A DNA stretch of 64,000 nt from an uncultured Thermoprotei archaeon. GTDB taxonomy: Archaea > Thermoproteota > Thermoprotei > Thermofilales > B15-G2. Position numbers and translations under genes: made by a program. Positions 38,699 through 48,830 of the stretch are shown piece by piece. Location of the stretch: the NCBI GenBank assembly GCA_965367815.1, contig CBDUKN010000013.1, positions 1 through 64,000 on the forward strand, read 5' to 3'. The notes beneath the pieces are model-generated. The model was not told where the DNA came from and made no database searches. It saw only the letters and a list, made by a program, of their open reading frames with translations. Position 1 is the stretch's first letter, and every line of letters begins with the position of its first letter.

Positions 38699-39442
38699 TT
38701 GATGAGACTAGTATTTGGAGATGCTAGGGAGTGGAAATATCTTGTAGAAAGCTTAGCTGCGCTAATAGATGAAGCATGCTTTAAAATAACGCCAGACGGA
38801 CTAACATTAAGAGCTCTAGATCCCTCACGTATAGCAATGGTAGATCTCTCTCTTCCACAGACAGCTTTTGAAGAATTTGAGTGCGAAGAAGAAACTGTAA
38901 TTGGAGTAAACTTCGCTGAATTAAAGAAGGTTATGAAGAGAGCCAGAAAAGACGAGAAAGTAGAGTTATCGACATCAGCTAGCAGATTCAAAATAAAGAT
39001 TATGGGAAGAGCTGACAGAACTTTCTCGCTTCCAATACTAGATATACCTGCCGAAGAAATTCCTGCAATAAAAGTAGACTTTAAAGTAAAAGCCAGAATG
39101 CTCAGTGATTCACTTAAAGACGCTCTCTCCGACGCAGATCTAGTCAGCGATTCAGTAAAATTTGAGGCTACCGAAGACTTACTCAGAGTATCTGCTTCAA
39201 GTGATAAAGGCGAAGTAACAGTAGACTTCTCTCTCGCAGGAGGCTCTCTCCTTGAATACGAAGTACAAGAAAACAGCACCGCATCATACAGCCTAGAGTA
39301 CCTCCTAGATATGGTCAAAAAGGCTTCGGCTCTATCTGATGTAGTGACAGTAGAGTTCGCTACAGCAAAGCCTATTTCGCTTACATTTGAAATAGCTGGT
39401 GGCGGAATTCTACGATACTTCTTAGCTCCAAGAGCAGAGTAA
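38699..39442 (+). CDS. pcn: DNA polymerase sliding clamp PCNA
   Basis: ALDPSRIAMVDL, YSLEYL, RYFLAPR. Confidence 0.95.
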   Translation: MMRLVFGDAREWKYLVESLAALIDEACFKITPDGLTLRALDPSRIAMVDLSLPQTAFEEFECEEETVIGVNFAELKKVMKRARKDEKVELSTSASRFKIKIMGRADRTFSLPILDIPAEEIPAIKVDFKVKARMLSDSLKDALSDADLVSDSVKFEATEDLLRVSASSDKGEVTVDFSLAGGSLLEYEVQENSTASYSLEYLLDMVKKASALSDVVTVEFATAKPISLTFEIAGGGILRYFLAPRAE

Positions 39443-39446
39443 ACTA

Positions 39447-40004
39447 ATGGGTAAAAATCCTAGCGAAATATTAGAACTTATTAATTTACTAGAAAGCTAT
39501 AAAAAATATCCAAGCGAAGTAAGTGCTTGTTTTTACTTATTAAAACAATCGCTTAAACATGCTAATCAGAAAGATTCTTTAGCAGCGTATACTTACCTAA
39601 GAGCTTGTCTAGAAAATATACTGGAAATCTACTACATTTATAGCAAGTATGGTGCTTTTTCTCAAAACGGATTTAGTGAGCTAATTAAAGCCAAGAAACG
39701 AGGGAGAGCATTTACACTCAAAATAATTAACCAATTTAAGGGAGTACCAGGCCCTTTCAAAAAGAAAATAGCTAAAACTTACATTGAAGTAAGTACAAAA
39801 CTTCATCCTCCGTTCAAGCTAAATTCTTTTGATTATATTTCTTTTAATGAAAACTTTACGAAAGTGGTAGATATAGTAGCTTTTTTAATAATTAAAATTT
39901 ATAAAAAATCACTGTGTAGTGAAATATTGCAGAAAATTAGAGAAAAAAGCCTTAAATATGGTCTAACATTGCTAAGCAGCAAATCTCTCTATTACTCTTC
40001 GTAA
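39447..40004 (+). CDS. Hypothetical helical protein (HEPN-like fold possible)
   Basis: LRACLE and STKLH loosely resemble HEPN; AT-rich. Confidence 0.5.
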   Translation: MGKNPSEILELINLLESYKKYPSEVSACFYLLKQSLKHANQKDSLAAYTYLRACLENILEIYYIYSKYGAFSQNGFSELIKAKKRGRAFTLKIINQFKGVPGPFKKKIAKTYIEVSTKLHPPFKLNSFDYISFNENFTKVVDIVAFLIIKIYKKSLCSEILQKIREKSLKYGLTLLSSKSLYYSS

Positions 40005-40516
40005 AGAGAGTCTTCTTCCGAAGTAGATTCATTTTCCTCATAGTCGAATTGGTCTGCAGGAACAGTGTACTCGACCAGGTGTCTAGCTACGTAGATGGGT
40101 GCGCCTGCTCTAACAGCTAAAGCTATGGAGTCTGAAGGTCTTGCATCTATGTACTTGTATTCGGGCTTAGATTTACGGTCATCACGTAAAACTATAGTCG
40201 CTACATATACTCCACTTATCACACCGTCAACTGTCACTTTTTCTATAGTTATTCCGAGAGACTCAAGCATAGAAAGAATTAAGTCGTGAGTAAGAGGTCT
40301 TTGCGGCTTAAATCCTTCAAGAGCCATTTGAATAGACATTGCCTCCGGTTCATTAATGTAAATGGGCAGAACCAAGTCTCCCCATTCAGGACAGGCGAGA
40401 AGTATTACATAAACAGGTCTAACGAAGATACTTAGTCTAGAAAGATACTTATCTCTGAAGACAACTCGATAAATACCTTTTACTTCGGCTTTAAGGTACT
40501 CGTCATATTTTCTCAT
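39992..40516 (-). CDS. Bifunctional nuclease (DUF151)
   Basis: LPIYI, RPLTHDL, DARPSDSIALA. Confidence 0.92.
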   Translation of the reverse strand: MRKYDEYLKAEVKGIYRVVFRDKYLSRLSIFVRPVYVILLACPEWGDLVLPIYINEPEAMSIQMALEGFKPQRPLTHDLILSMLESLGITIEKVTVDGVISGVYVATIVLRDDRKSKPEYKYIDARPSDSIALAVRAGAPIYVARHLVEYTVPADQFDYEENESTSEEDSLYEE

Positions 40517-40557
40517 ATGTCTAACTCTAATCGTGCTTGTGTTAAATTAAAGTTTTT

Positions 40558-41352
40558 CTATGTATTTTCAAAATAAGAGGATATTTTCTGGATAAAACTA
40601 CTGCAGAGGAAAGCAAGAGTCTTGAGAAGAGTATGCTGAGTTTTCAAGTAGTGTAAGATATCATTTAGAGTGTTTTTATCATAGCTGAAAAGTATTCTAG
40701 GAGAGTACTCGACATCAAGTAGAAAGAGGCCTTCTGGAGGCAGTGAAGGCACCTTGGAGTCTACTTTTCTCTCTAATCTGTCTTCAATGAAATCTAAGTC
40801 TATATCTCCTCTGCCTGCAGCTACTAAGCACCAGGCAATTTTTCTTATCATTTTATTTAAAAATCCTTTACCTCGAAAAGTAATTATTAAAAAATCAGGT
40901 ATTTTCTCTACTTTTATTTTGTATATTGTCCTAATAGTATTCTCTCTTCGAGTGGCTATGGAGAAATTCCAAAAATCGTGGGTGCCTATAAAGAGCTCTG
41001 CGGCCCTTTTAATGGTGTCTATGTTTTCACCAAAGTAAGGTATTATGTACACATATGTTCTGCTTTCTGCTTTACGGGGAGAAAACTTTTCGTCAACTTC
41101 GGCTAAAGCATAAAGAGCTAGTCCGCGAGGCAAAAATACATTAATCCTTTTGAGATTCCGAAGAACTACATTAGAGTAAAAAGCTACTACTTGACCAAGA
41201 CACCAGACTCCCGCATCGGTTCTTGAGGCAAGTGGTAGTTTTTCTGAAGTAGATATACGGCTAGCTTTCAAAGCATACTTGATTTTCATCTGCATATATC
41301 TCCAGTCGCCTAACCTCCCGTCGAAAAATACTTTAGCTGCGTATTTCAGCAC
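40558..41352 (-). CDS. truA: tRNA pseudouridine(38-40) synthase
   Basis: SRTDAGV, GTHDF, FLNKMIRKI, PPEGLFL. Confidence 0.9.
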   Translation of the reverse strand: MLKYAAKVFFDGRLGDWRYMQMKIKYALKASRISTSEKLPLASRTDAGVWCLGQVVAFYSNVVLRNLKRINVFLPRGLALYALAEVDEKFSPRKAESRTYVYIIPYFGENIDTIKRAAELFIGTHDFWNFSIATRRENTIRTIYKIKVEKIPDFLIITFRGKGFLNKMIRKIAWCLVAAGRGDIDLDFIEDRLERKVDSKVPSLPPEGLFLLDVEYSPRILFSYDKNTLNDILHYLKTQHTLLKTLAFLCSSFIQKISSYFENT

Positions 41353-41407
41353 GATAGTAGTTCGCCTAAAAAGTATTTAGACTTGCCTCGCAGTAAATAG
41401 ACGAGTA

Positions 41408-42418
41408 ATGCCCTGTTGCAGAAGAACAGTATTCGTGGAAGATCTTCCCTTAATTGGGTGTATAGCTTTCGGGTTAATTGACAGAGGAACTAATGTCATT
41501 CAAGTAAGACCTTCTTCAATGTGTCCTCTTTCATGCATTTTCTGTTCTACTGATGCTGGCCCCAAGTCAAGACATAGGTTAACAGAATATGTTGTCGACT
41601 TAGACCTGCTTATAGAGTGGTTTGAGTATATAGTGAAGTTTAAAGGGGAAAAGAAAATAGAGGCCCATATAGACACCGTAGGAGATCCGCTGGCGTATCC
41701 GCGTTTAGTGGAACTAGTCCAGAGACTTTCAGAAGTGAAAGGAGTAGAAGTTATTTCTCTTCAAACTCACGGAGTGCTTCTTACAGAAAAAATAGTCGAC
41801 GAGCTGGCAGAAGCAGGGCTTTCGAGAATAAATTTGTCGATAGATGCTCTGGATCCTCTATTAGCAAAAAAGCTCGCCGGAACAGAGCGCTATGATCTAC
41901 ACCACGTAATGAGAATAGCTGAGTACATTGCGAGTAAACCCAACATAGATCTGCTAATAGCGCCCGTATGGGTTCCCGGAATCAATGACCATGAAATCCC
42001 CAAAATAATAGAGTATGCCCTTAAAATAGGTGCAGGCAAAAAGTGGCCAGCACTAGGTATACAAAAGTACGAGGCTCATAAGAGGGGTAGAAAGCCTAGA
42101 GGTGTAAAACTAATGAGCTGGGGTCAATTTTATAGAAAACTAGCAGAGCTTGAGAAGAAGTATAAAACTAAATTAATACTAAGGCCTGAAGACTTTGGCA
42201 TACACAAACGTCCGATGATACCTATACTGTATCAAAAAGGAGAAAAAGTGTTGGTAGAAATAGTTGAAAAAGGATGGCTCAAGGGAGAACTACTTGCAGT
42301 AGACAAAAAGCGGCAGCGAGTAATAACAGTTGTAGAAACACAAGTACCCATTGGAACAAAAATGTATGTGAAAATAATTGCTAATAAACATAATCTCTAT
42401 ATAGCAAAACCTCTCTAA
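41408..42418 (+). CDS. Radical SAM protein with C-terminal TRAM-like domain (COG2100-like)
   Basis: IDRGTNVIQVRP, CPLSCIFCS, EAHID. Confidence 0.88.
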   Translation: MPCCRRTVFVEDLPLIGCIAFGLIDRGTNVIQVRPSSMCPLSCIFCSTDAGPKSRHRLTEYVVDLDLLIEWFEYIVKFKGEKKIEAHIDTVGDPLAYPRLVELVQRLSEVKGVEVISLQTHGVLLTEKIVDELAEAGLSRINLSIDALDPLLAKKLAGTERYDLHHVMRIAEYIASKPNIDLLIAPVWVPGINDHEIPKIIEYALKIGAGKKWPALGIQKYEAHKRGRKPRGVKLMSWGQFYRKLAELEKKYKTKLILRPEDFGIHKRPMIPILYQKGEKVLVEIVEKGWLKGELLAVDKKRQRVITVVETQVPIGTKMYVKIIANKHNLYIAKPL

Positions 42419-42484
42419 GCTATTTAAGTGCAATCTTAAGCTTTAGTCCAAACAAATATTTGTTTTAACAAAGGTACATTTACT

Positions 42485-43369
42485 GTGCAGGAGAAAAAGG
42501 CTGAAGAAGTATTGAAATTACTCAAGGAAAGAAGAAGTGTTCGTAAATATTCTTCCCGAGAAGTACCCGCGAAGTATATTGAAATGCTGCTAGAAGCAGC
42601 CTCATATGCTCCATCAGGAGGAAATAAAGCAGACTGGAAGATAATACTTGTAACAAATCCCGAGACTAAAAAACAGTTAACAAAGGTATCTCTTAACCAA
42701 GAGTTCATAGAGGAAGCGCCCTTGGTGCTAGTTTTCTGCGGAGGAAGACTAGTAGACGTTTCAGCGGCAATAGAAAATGTATTAATAATGGCTCATGCGC
42801 TTGGGCTAGAAGGCTGCTGGATAGGAGCTTTTGACAAAAATTCTGTAAAAAAGATACTCGGTATACCGGAGAACACTAAAGTACACTATATAGTTACAAT
42901 AGGCTTTCCCGAAGAAAAACTAACAGATCCGGGAAAAAGATTTGTTGAAGAAATAGTTTACTATGAAAAATGGAGTGAAAGCAAGTTATCTAAAGAAGCG
43001 CTTCTCAAAGTAATAAAATACAGTCTAGAGAAAGTGAAAGAATTCTATAACATTAGAAAAGAGGTTTTAAATAAATATGGTGAAAATAGCCTACATATGT
43101 ACCGTCTTGAAGAAAAATACTCAGCTTTCATATTTGCTTCTCTCGCAAAAAGAATAGTTGATATATCTTCCGAAATAAAATTCGAGCACCCGATTATTAA
43201 TGAAATTCGTGCAGTACTTAAAGAATATTCCATACAGAGAGGCAAGTACTTAGGCATAACTAAGGACATAAATTCGCCCGAAGTAGTAGCACTTGAAAGA
43301 AAGTATTCTATAAAAGTATTTCCAAAGATTTTTGAAAAAGCCTACAGGGCTCTAATTCAGCAAAGTTAG
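42485..43369 (+). CDS. Nitroreductase family protein with extra helical C-terminal domain
   Basis: RRSVRKY, APSGGN, GLEGCWIG. Confidence 0.85.
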   Translation: MQEKKAEEVLKLLKERRSVRKYSSREVPAKYIEMLLEAASYAPSGGNKADWKIILVTNPETKKQLTKVSLNQEFIEEAPLVLVFCGGRLVDVSAAIENVLIMAHALGLEGCWIGAFDKNSVKKILGIPENTKVHYIVTIGFPEEKLTDPGKRFVEEIVYYEKWSESKLSKEALLKVIKYSLEKVKEFYNIRKEVLNKYGENSLHMYRLEEKYSAFIFASLAKRIVDISSEIKFEHPIINEIRAVLKEYSIQRGKYLGITKDINSPEVVALERKYSIKVFPKIFEKAYRALIQQS

Positions 43370-43444
43370 CGAACTACGCCAGTATATCTGAGGTGAAAAG
43401 AAGCATAAAGCGTATAGAGCACTAGTGTGTAGTTTGAAGTAGAT

Positions 43445-44302
43445 ATGCGCATTCCGCGATTTGGTCCTGCGGGAAAGCCTTTAAAATACAAAGGCAAGGT
43501 AGAAGGTATACCAAAATACCTGAGAGAAAAAGGCTTAGATGCTTTTGAATATCAAGCAGTTTACGGAGTCAAAATAAAAGAGGAGGATGCGAGAAAGCTC
43601 GGCGAAGAAGCTAGAAAATTTAATGTTAAACTCAGTGTACACGCACCCTACTATGTTAACTTATGCAGCAAGGAGAAAGAAAAGTTTGAGAAAAGTATCG
43701 AGCGAATAGTTGAGTCTGTTAGAGCAGCTAGCTGGATGGGCGCTGAAATAGTAGTATTTCATCCCGGGGCATATAAGGGACAATCGTCTGAAGAAGCCTT
43801 TGAACGCTTTATTTCGGCGCTCAAAGAGATAGCTGATAGAATAAGTACTATAGAGGGAAAAATACTTCTGGGAGCCGAGGTAATGGGTAAGAAAAGCCAG
43901 TTTGGTAGCCTTGATGAAGTAATTAGAGCGGCGCAGAAAATAGATATACTCGTTCCTGTCATCGACTGGGCGCACTTACATGCACGAGATCAAGGAGTAC
44001 TTAAAACACATGACGATTTTATTAAAGTTCTTGAAAGAATAGAAAGAGAGCTTGGAAGTGATGTTGCGAAGAATCTTCACTGCCACTTTACCAGAGTAGA
44101 GTTTGGAGAGTCAGGAGAAAGAAAACATCGTATAATGGCTGAAGAAGATTACGGACCGGAGTTCAAGGACTTAGCGAAAGCTATTGCTGAAACAGGATAT
44201 ATCTCCACAATTATTTCAGAGTCTCCGTTGCTAGATGAAGATGCCTTAGTAATGAAAGAAATACTGATCAAAATATTAAAAGAAAAAGGTCTACTTCGCT
44301 AA
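43445..44302 (+). CDS. nfo: Endonuclease IV (AP endonuclease)
   Basis: HAPYYVNL, VFHPG, EVMGK, DWAHLHAR, ISESP. Confidence 0.9.
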   Translation: MRIPRFGPAGKPLKYKGKVEGIPKYLREKGLDAFEYQAVYGVKIKEEDARKLGEEARKFNVKLSVHAPYYVNLCSKEKEKFEKSIERIVESVRAASWMGAEIVVFHPGAYKGQSSEEAFERFISALKEIADRISTIEGKILLGAEVMGKKSQFGSLDEVIRAAQKIDILVPVIDWAHLHARDQGVLKTHDDFIKVLERIERELGSDVAKNLHCHFTRVEFGESGERKHRIMAEEDYGPEFKDLAKAIAETGYISTIISESPLLDEDALVMKEILIKILKEKGLLR

Positions 44303-45013
44303 ACTCAAATAGTAATCAGGTAAATCAAAGTTTACTCTATTTAGAACTAAAAGCTTTGCTCCTGAAACTTTAGCTTTTATGAAGTTTTCTTTCTTAGAAA
44401 TAATTCCTTGAAGAAAGAGAGGCAAAATGGTGAAAAATCTGGGTCCGGGCTCAAGCTTTATTTTAATAGATCCCTCTAGAAAACTGCCTTTGCTTTCAAA
44501 AATATACACTCTGGTGAATCCTAGTCCTTTAACATTACACAACTTCTCTTTACAGCCTTTCTTTTCTATAATCTCGTATTTTAAGCCAAAATAGTTCTGA
44601 GGCAGGGGACCTACTATTAGTCTAAATTTTCTTAATATGCTGGATTTCAATAAAATATTCAATTTAAATATGTTTTCACCAATAGACTTTAAGTCTATGT
44701 ATTTGATCTCCATTATTTTTCTTTGAAGCTCGTACTCTGTATCTATCCTGATGCCGTATGAAAACAAGGGAGTGTTTCTAACAAAGCGCAAATAAGGAGT
44801 TATCTTCCAGCCTACTATTTTCTCTTCTCCCACATTTTTGATAAACGTAGGTGGCTCTGGATGAAACTGTTTAAATTCAAGAGAACTAGGTAGTTTAAGC
44901 ATAAGGAGAGTATTCTCGGGTATAGGGGTCTCTGATGTAAGATAAGAAGAAATACTTTTGACTATGTCTCCGCGTTCACTTGAAAGTATATTTATTGTGT
45001 TAACTAGCTTCAC
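44291..45013 (-). CDS. Hypothetical protein
   Basis: 240-aa ORF; no motif recognised. Confidence 0.55.
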   Translation of the reverse strand: MKLVNTINILSSERGDIVKSISSYLTSETPIPENTLLMLKLPSSLEFKQFHPEPPTFIKNVGEEKIVGWKITPYLRFVRNTPLFSYGIRIDTEYELQRKIMEIKYIDLKSIGENIFKLNILLKSSILRKFRLIVGPLPQNYFGLKYEIIEKKGCKEKLCNVKGLGFTRVYIFESKGSFLEGSIKIKLEPGPRFFTILPLFLQGIISKKENFIKAKVSGAKLLVLNRVNFDLPDYYLSLAK

Positions 45014-45155
45014 TTCACATCACACTATACAACGTACACACCAAATTTATTTATTTTGAAGACCTTTACTGAATGAAGTAATTTACTAAGACTTTAGCGG
45101 AGCAATGGAGAGTGGAAAGCTTAAATAGAGGGAAGAGAGAGAATAGTAGCAGATT

Positions 45156-45566
45156 ATGAGCTTAGCAGATATTTTCACAAGACTTAATTCTTGGATAGAG
45201 ACACAAAAGAAGAATCTCGATCTACTCAAGAATATGGAAAAAGAGCTCGAAGAAGCTGATAGACTATCGCTACTGCTGGCAACTAGAGTTGCTTGCAGGT
45301 ACATAAACGATATTATAAGAGACTTTGATACCTGGCTAGAGAACCCCATGGTACTCTACCTTATGCCTAAGCCAATGCTAAGAGAGCTTCGCGCAAAATT
45401 ATGGGACATTATGTATGAGCTAATAAAGTTTGATATTAAGCACACTAGCGAATATAGAGACTACTTAAAGAAACTAGAAGAAGAAGGAAAAATCCCATTA
45501 ATGCTTCGTCTCCCTCTAAGAGAAAGGGCTTCGAGAGGAGCACCCAGATACCCAGCGCCTATTTAA
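45156..45566 (+). CDS. DUF2153 family protein
   Basis: ADRLSLL, FDTWLENP, MPKPML, DIKHTS. Confidence 0.8.
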   Translation: MSLADIFTRLNSWIETQKKNLDLLKNMEKELEEADRLSLLLATRVACRYINDIIRDFDTWLENPMVLYLMPKPMLRELRAKLWDIMYELIKFDIKHTSEYRDYLKKLEEEGKIPLMLRLPLRERASRGAPRYPAPI

Positions 45567-45572
45567 ATCTAA

Positions 45573-46280
45573 ATGAACAGAGAACTGAAGAACATATACA
45601 AGTGTAGAGTATGCGGAGAGTATACTGAGTCGCCCACTCACTGCAATACTCCATGTAAGCTGCTAATAGACGCGAGCACTAGACTTAGGTTAAGTAAACT
45701 TCTCTCAGCGTTACTGAGACACATACCTGAAAGTATAGGACTCAAACTAGATAACGAAGGTTTCGTAGAGATATCTGAATTAGTTAGAGCAATTAAGGAA
45801 AGATGGCCTAGAAGACATCTCTACTCATGGTTAACAGAAGAGCATGTCATAGCGGTAGCAAAGCTATGCCCTAAGCAAAGGTTCGAAATTAGAGGCAACG
45901 AAATCAGGGCAAGATACGGGCACAGCGTTCAAGTGAGCATCAAGCTAAATGAAGATAACTCAGTTAAAATACTCTACCACGGAACAACGATTGACGCGTT
46001 AAGCGGAATACTGAAAGAAGGTATTAAGCCTATGAAGCGACTAAAAGTTCACTTAACTTCATCGCTTGAAGAGGCGTATCTCAATGCTTCTAGAAGAAAG
46101 AAACCTCCAGTAATACTTGTAATAGATGCTGAGAAGCTACGTCAGAAAGGGCATCGTATATTTAGGGCGACGAACACGATATATTTAACAGACTACGTGC
46201 CACCGAGCTGTATAGTTAAAGTTATAAAATCTAGTACACTAGAAAGCCTCGATAGCCGTGAGCTTAAACGAAAGCCGTAG
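45573..46280 (+). CDS. kptA: RNA 2'-phosphotransferase (Tpt1/KptA) with N-terminal Zn ribbon
   Basis: LLRH, IRARYGHS, LYHGT, VHLT. Confidence 0.92.
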   Translation: MNRELKNIYKCRVCGEYTESPTHCNTPCKLLIDASTRLRLSKLLSALLRHIPESIGLKLDNEGFVEISELVRAIKERWPRRHLYSWLTEEHVIAVAKLCPKQRFEIRGNEIRARYGHSVQVSIKLNEDNSVKILYHGTTIDALSGILKEGIKPMKRLKVHLTSSLEEAYLNASRRKKPPVILVIDAEKLRQKGHRIFRATNTIYLTDYVPPSCIVKVIKSSTLESLDSRELKRKP

Positions 46281-46569
46281 AGAAAAGATAATGAGAGTAC
46301 TTTCTGAAACAAATAGACCTTTAACAGTAAATGAAATTGCCGCCGCCATAGGGATTTATGATCCGCGTGAAGTCAAAAGCATCTACGAGGACTTAAAACA
46401 TATAGCAAAAACAGTTCGGAGAAAAGGAGGCGTTCTATACATGGAGCCTCCTCAGTGCGCTAACTGCGGCTACGTGTTTAAGAACTTAACAAAACCACAT
46501 AAGCCGAGTAAGTGTCCTCGCTGCAGGTCAGAAAGAATATTGCCTCCGCGCTTCACTATCGAGTACTAG
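46258..46569 (+). CDS. HTH plus Zn-ribbon transcriptional regulator (COG3357-like)
   Basis: EDLKHIAK, CANCGYVF, PSKCPRCRSE. Confidence 0.88.
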   Translation: MSLNESRREKIMRVLSETNRPLTVNEIAAAIGIYDPREVKSIYEDLKHIAKTVRRKGGVLYMEPPQCANCGYVFKNLTKPHKPSKCPRCRSERILPPRFTIEY

Positions 46570-47850
46570 TTATAAAGAAATTTTCGCGATAAAAAAGCCT
46601 ATGCTTTGATGAAGATGCGGGAAAAATCTTCTGACATATTTACAAAAAGCATATTTTCCGTAGCCACTGCTGGCTTTTAAGTACTTTAAGTCGATTAAGT
46701 TGTCTTTAAATTTGCTGACTATTTCTTCTCCCTCTTCTGGAGCAAGCGAGCAGGTCGCGTAAACTACTTCATTCGCATAATTGACGATATTAGCTACTAG
46801 TGAAAACTGTACTCGCGAGAATTTATCAAGATCTATTTTCCTTAGCGTGATTCTTAAGGCGGGGTCTTTTCTTATAGCACCACTATTGCTGCAAGGAGCA
46901 TCAATAAGAGCTTTGTCAGCTTTTATCTTAAAATGGGCTTTAGCGGAATCTGCTTGAACAATATCGATGTTTTTTGCTCCAAGCTTCTTTAAAAGACTCT
47001 TCATTTGAGCCAATCTACTTGAACTGATATCTAGTGCGATAATTCGTCCCTTATTTTCCATTAATTGAGCAATTAAACTAGTCTTTACTCCTGGAGCTGC
47101 GCAAGCATCGATAATTGTTTTTCCTTTAGAAGGCGCGAGTGCGTAAACTACTGCGACACTAGCTTTATCTTGAGGAATAACTAATCCTCTCTTTACTAGC
47201 GAAATATTTTCTATAGTTTTCTTAGACTCTAGTACTTTAAGTAAGATAGGGTAATCTTTATCTAAAGTGACACGCACTCCCTCTTTCTCAAGCTTTCTCA
47301 TAGCATTTTCTATCGAAGTTTTGAGTGTATTTACCCTAAGCCAAGTGAAGTAGTATTCATTTGATTTAAGCAATTTTTCAGTTTCCCTATCACCTAGACA
47401 TTTCACCATTTTCTCAACAAACCATAGTGGGTGCGAGTAAAGCAGAGACAGTTTTTTGACTTTATTGTCTTCATCTATTATATCATCTATTTTAACATTT
47501 TTTAGCTTAGATAAAATTCTATGAAACTTACCAGGTATTAGTCCTCCAAAAATAAATGGCGAGTAATTTTTCTTTTCTACTACAATTAATCTAAAAGCAA
47601 CTATAAAAGCACTCTTTCTTCTCAAGGGAATGTTCTCAAGCTTATTATCTTTCATTACTTTTTCTGCTAAATAACACGATAAGAGAGATCTCCACGCTAA
47701 ACTATAGGCTGAAGGAGTTCCTCTTACACCTGCTTTTCTACATGCCTCAAGGAAACTCTTATCAAAACTGAGCCCTTTTCTGTAAATATTCTCAATAGTT
47801 AGAGTAGCTACTCTGAAGTCAAGCTTATCTTCGAGACTACTCAGTCTCAT
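46570..47850 (-). CDS. RsmB/NOL1/NSUN m5C RNA methyltransferase
   Basis: QDKAS, DACAAPGVKT, DAPCS, YATCS. Confidence 0.92.
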   Translation of the reverse strand: MRLSSLEDKLDFRVATLTIENIYRKGLSFDKSFLEACRKAGVRGTPSAYSLAWRSLLSCYLAEKVMKDNKLENIPLRRKSAFIVAFRLIVVEKKNYSPFIFGGLIPGKFHRILSKLKNVKIDDIIDEDNKVKKLSLLYSHPLWFVEKMVKCLGDRETEKLLKSNEYYFTWLRVNTLKTSIENAMRKLEKEGVRVTLDKDYPILLKVLESKKTIENISLVKRGLVIPQDKASVAVVYALAPSKGKTIIDACAAPGVKTSLIAQLMENKGRIIALDISSSRLAQMKSLLKKLGAKNIDIVQADSAKAHFKIKADKALIDAPCSNSGAIRKDPALRITLRKIDLDKFSRVQFSLVANIVNYANEVVYATCSLAPEEGEEIVSKFKDNLIDLKYLKASSGYGKYAFCKYVRRFFPHLHQSIGFFIAKISL

Positions 47851-48829
47851 ATTCTACTGCAAGCTTCAGTTTCTTCATGCGGTCTTCTAGAGCCCATGCG
47901 AATTCTTCTTTAAGAACAAGTATTGCTGCATGAGGAGAGATTATGCCTTTCTCAGTTATTATTGCGTCTATGTATTCTGGCGGCGTTACATCGAAAGCGG
48001 GGTTTCTGACTTTTATGCCAGGATACTTCTTGAGGAATTCTTCGCTGACGACTTCGGTGGGAGGTCTTTCTTCTATTGTAACTAGCTCACCTATGACTGT
48101 AGCGGGGCTGAATTTATAGGTTTCAGCTGCTACGAATACTCTTACTCTTGCTTCGTGTGCTGCTAACGCTATCATAGATGTACCAATTTTATTCACAACA
48201 GCACCATTAGCGGCTACGGTGTCCGCGCCTACTACAACTAGGTCTACATCTTTCATAAAGAATCTGACAGCCGAGTCAGGAATCAGAGTTACGTCAATAC
48301 CTTCTTTGGCGAGAGTTCTAACAGTTATTCTTCCTTGAAAGCGTGGCCGTGTTTCACATGCGTATACTTTTATGTCTTTTCCTTTTCTATGAGCTGTAAT
48401 AATCACTGAGAGAGCGGCTGAGCTATTGCAGTGGGTTAAGACAGTATCGCCAGACTTTATTCTACCTTCACCTATTTCTCCTATAAGCTCTGTTGCTCTA
48501 AGGGAGTACTCTATAAATTCGTCAGCCCATTCAGCTACCTTAGACCTGGCCTCTTCTAGAGTGAAGGATTCTATGTTTTTAGATAATCTTGACATAACGT
48601 AGGCCACAGCATTAGGTAGAGAGACGGCAGTAGGTCTTGTAGCTAGAATTAATTTTGAGGTATACTTCATGTACTCGTAGAAGTCTTCTAGTTCTGAACC
48701 CTTGTATGCTAATGCCGCTATTTTCAGCGCTTTTACTGCTGCTCTCGCTATTCTGCCGGCCCCTCTTATCTTCATAGATCTTATGTCTTCTGCTATTTGG
48801 AGAACTTCGGCTGGTAGAGTATAGTTCAC
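47837..48829 (-). CDS. Ribose-1,5-bisphosphate isomerase (eIF2B family)
   Basis: IRGAG, RPTAVSL, THCNS (catalytic Cys), ETRP, VGAD, NPAFDVTP. Confidence 0.9.
   Translation of the reverse strand: MNYTLPAEVLQIAEDIRSMKIRGAGRIARAAVKALKIAALAYKGSELEDFYEYMKYTSKLILATRPTAVSLPNAVAYVMSRLSKNIESFTLEEARSKVAEWADEFIEYSLRATELIGEIGEGRIKSGDTVLTHCNSSAALSVIITAHRKGKDIKVYACETRPRFQGRITVRTLAKEGIDVTLIPDSAVRFFMKDVDLVVVGADTVAANGAVVNKIGTSMIALAAHEARVRVFVAAETYKFSPATVIGELVTIEERPPTEVVSEEFLKKYPGIKVRNPAFDVTPPEYIDAIITEKGIISPHAAILVLKEEFAWALEDRMKKLKLAVEYETE
47950..47998. repeat. 49-bp exact repeat (copy at 48941-48989)
   Basis: Identical sequence in both eIF2B-family paralogs, offset 991. Confidence 0.9.
48124..48216. repeat. 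93-bp exact repeat (copy at 49115-49207)
   Basis: Identical sequence in both eIF2B-family paralogs, offset 991. Confidence 0.9.
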
Positions 48830-48830
48830 A

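Noticed and set aside
38656-39318. 220-aa antisense ORF and the other short antisense or nested ORFs in the track
   Set aside because: They lie opposite well-supported genes (here PCNA) and have Ser/Phe-rich shadow-ORF composition
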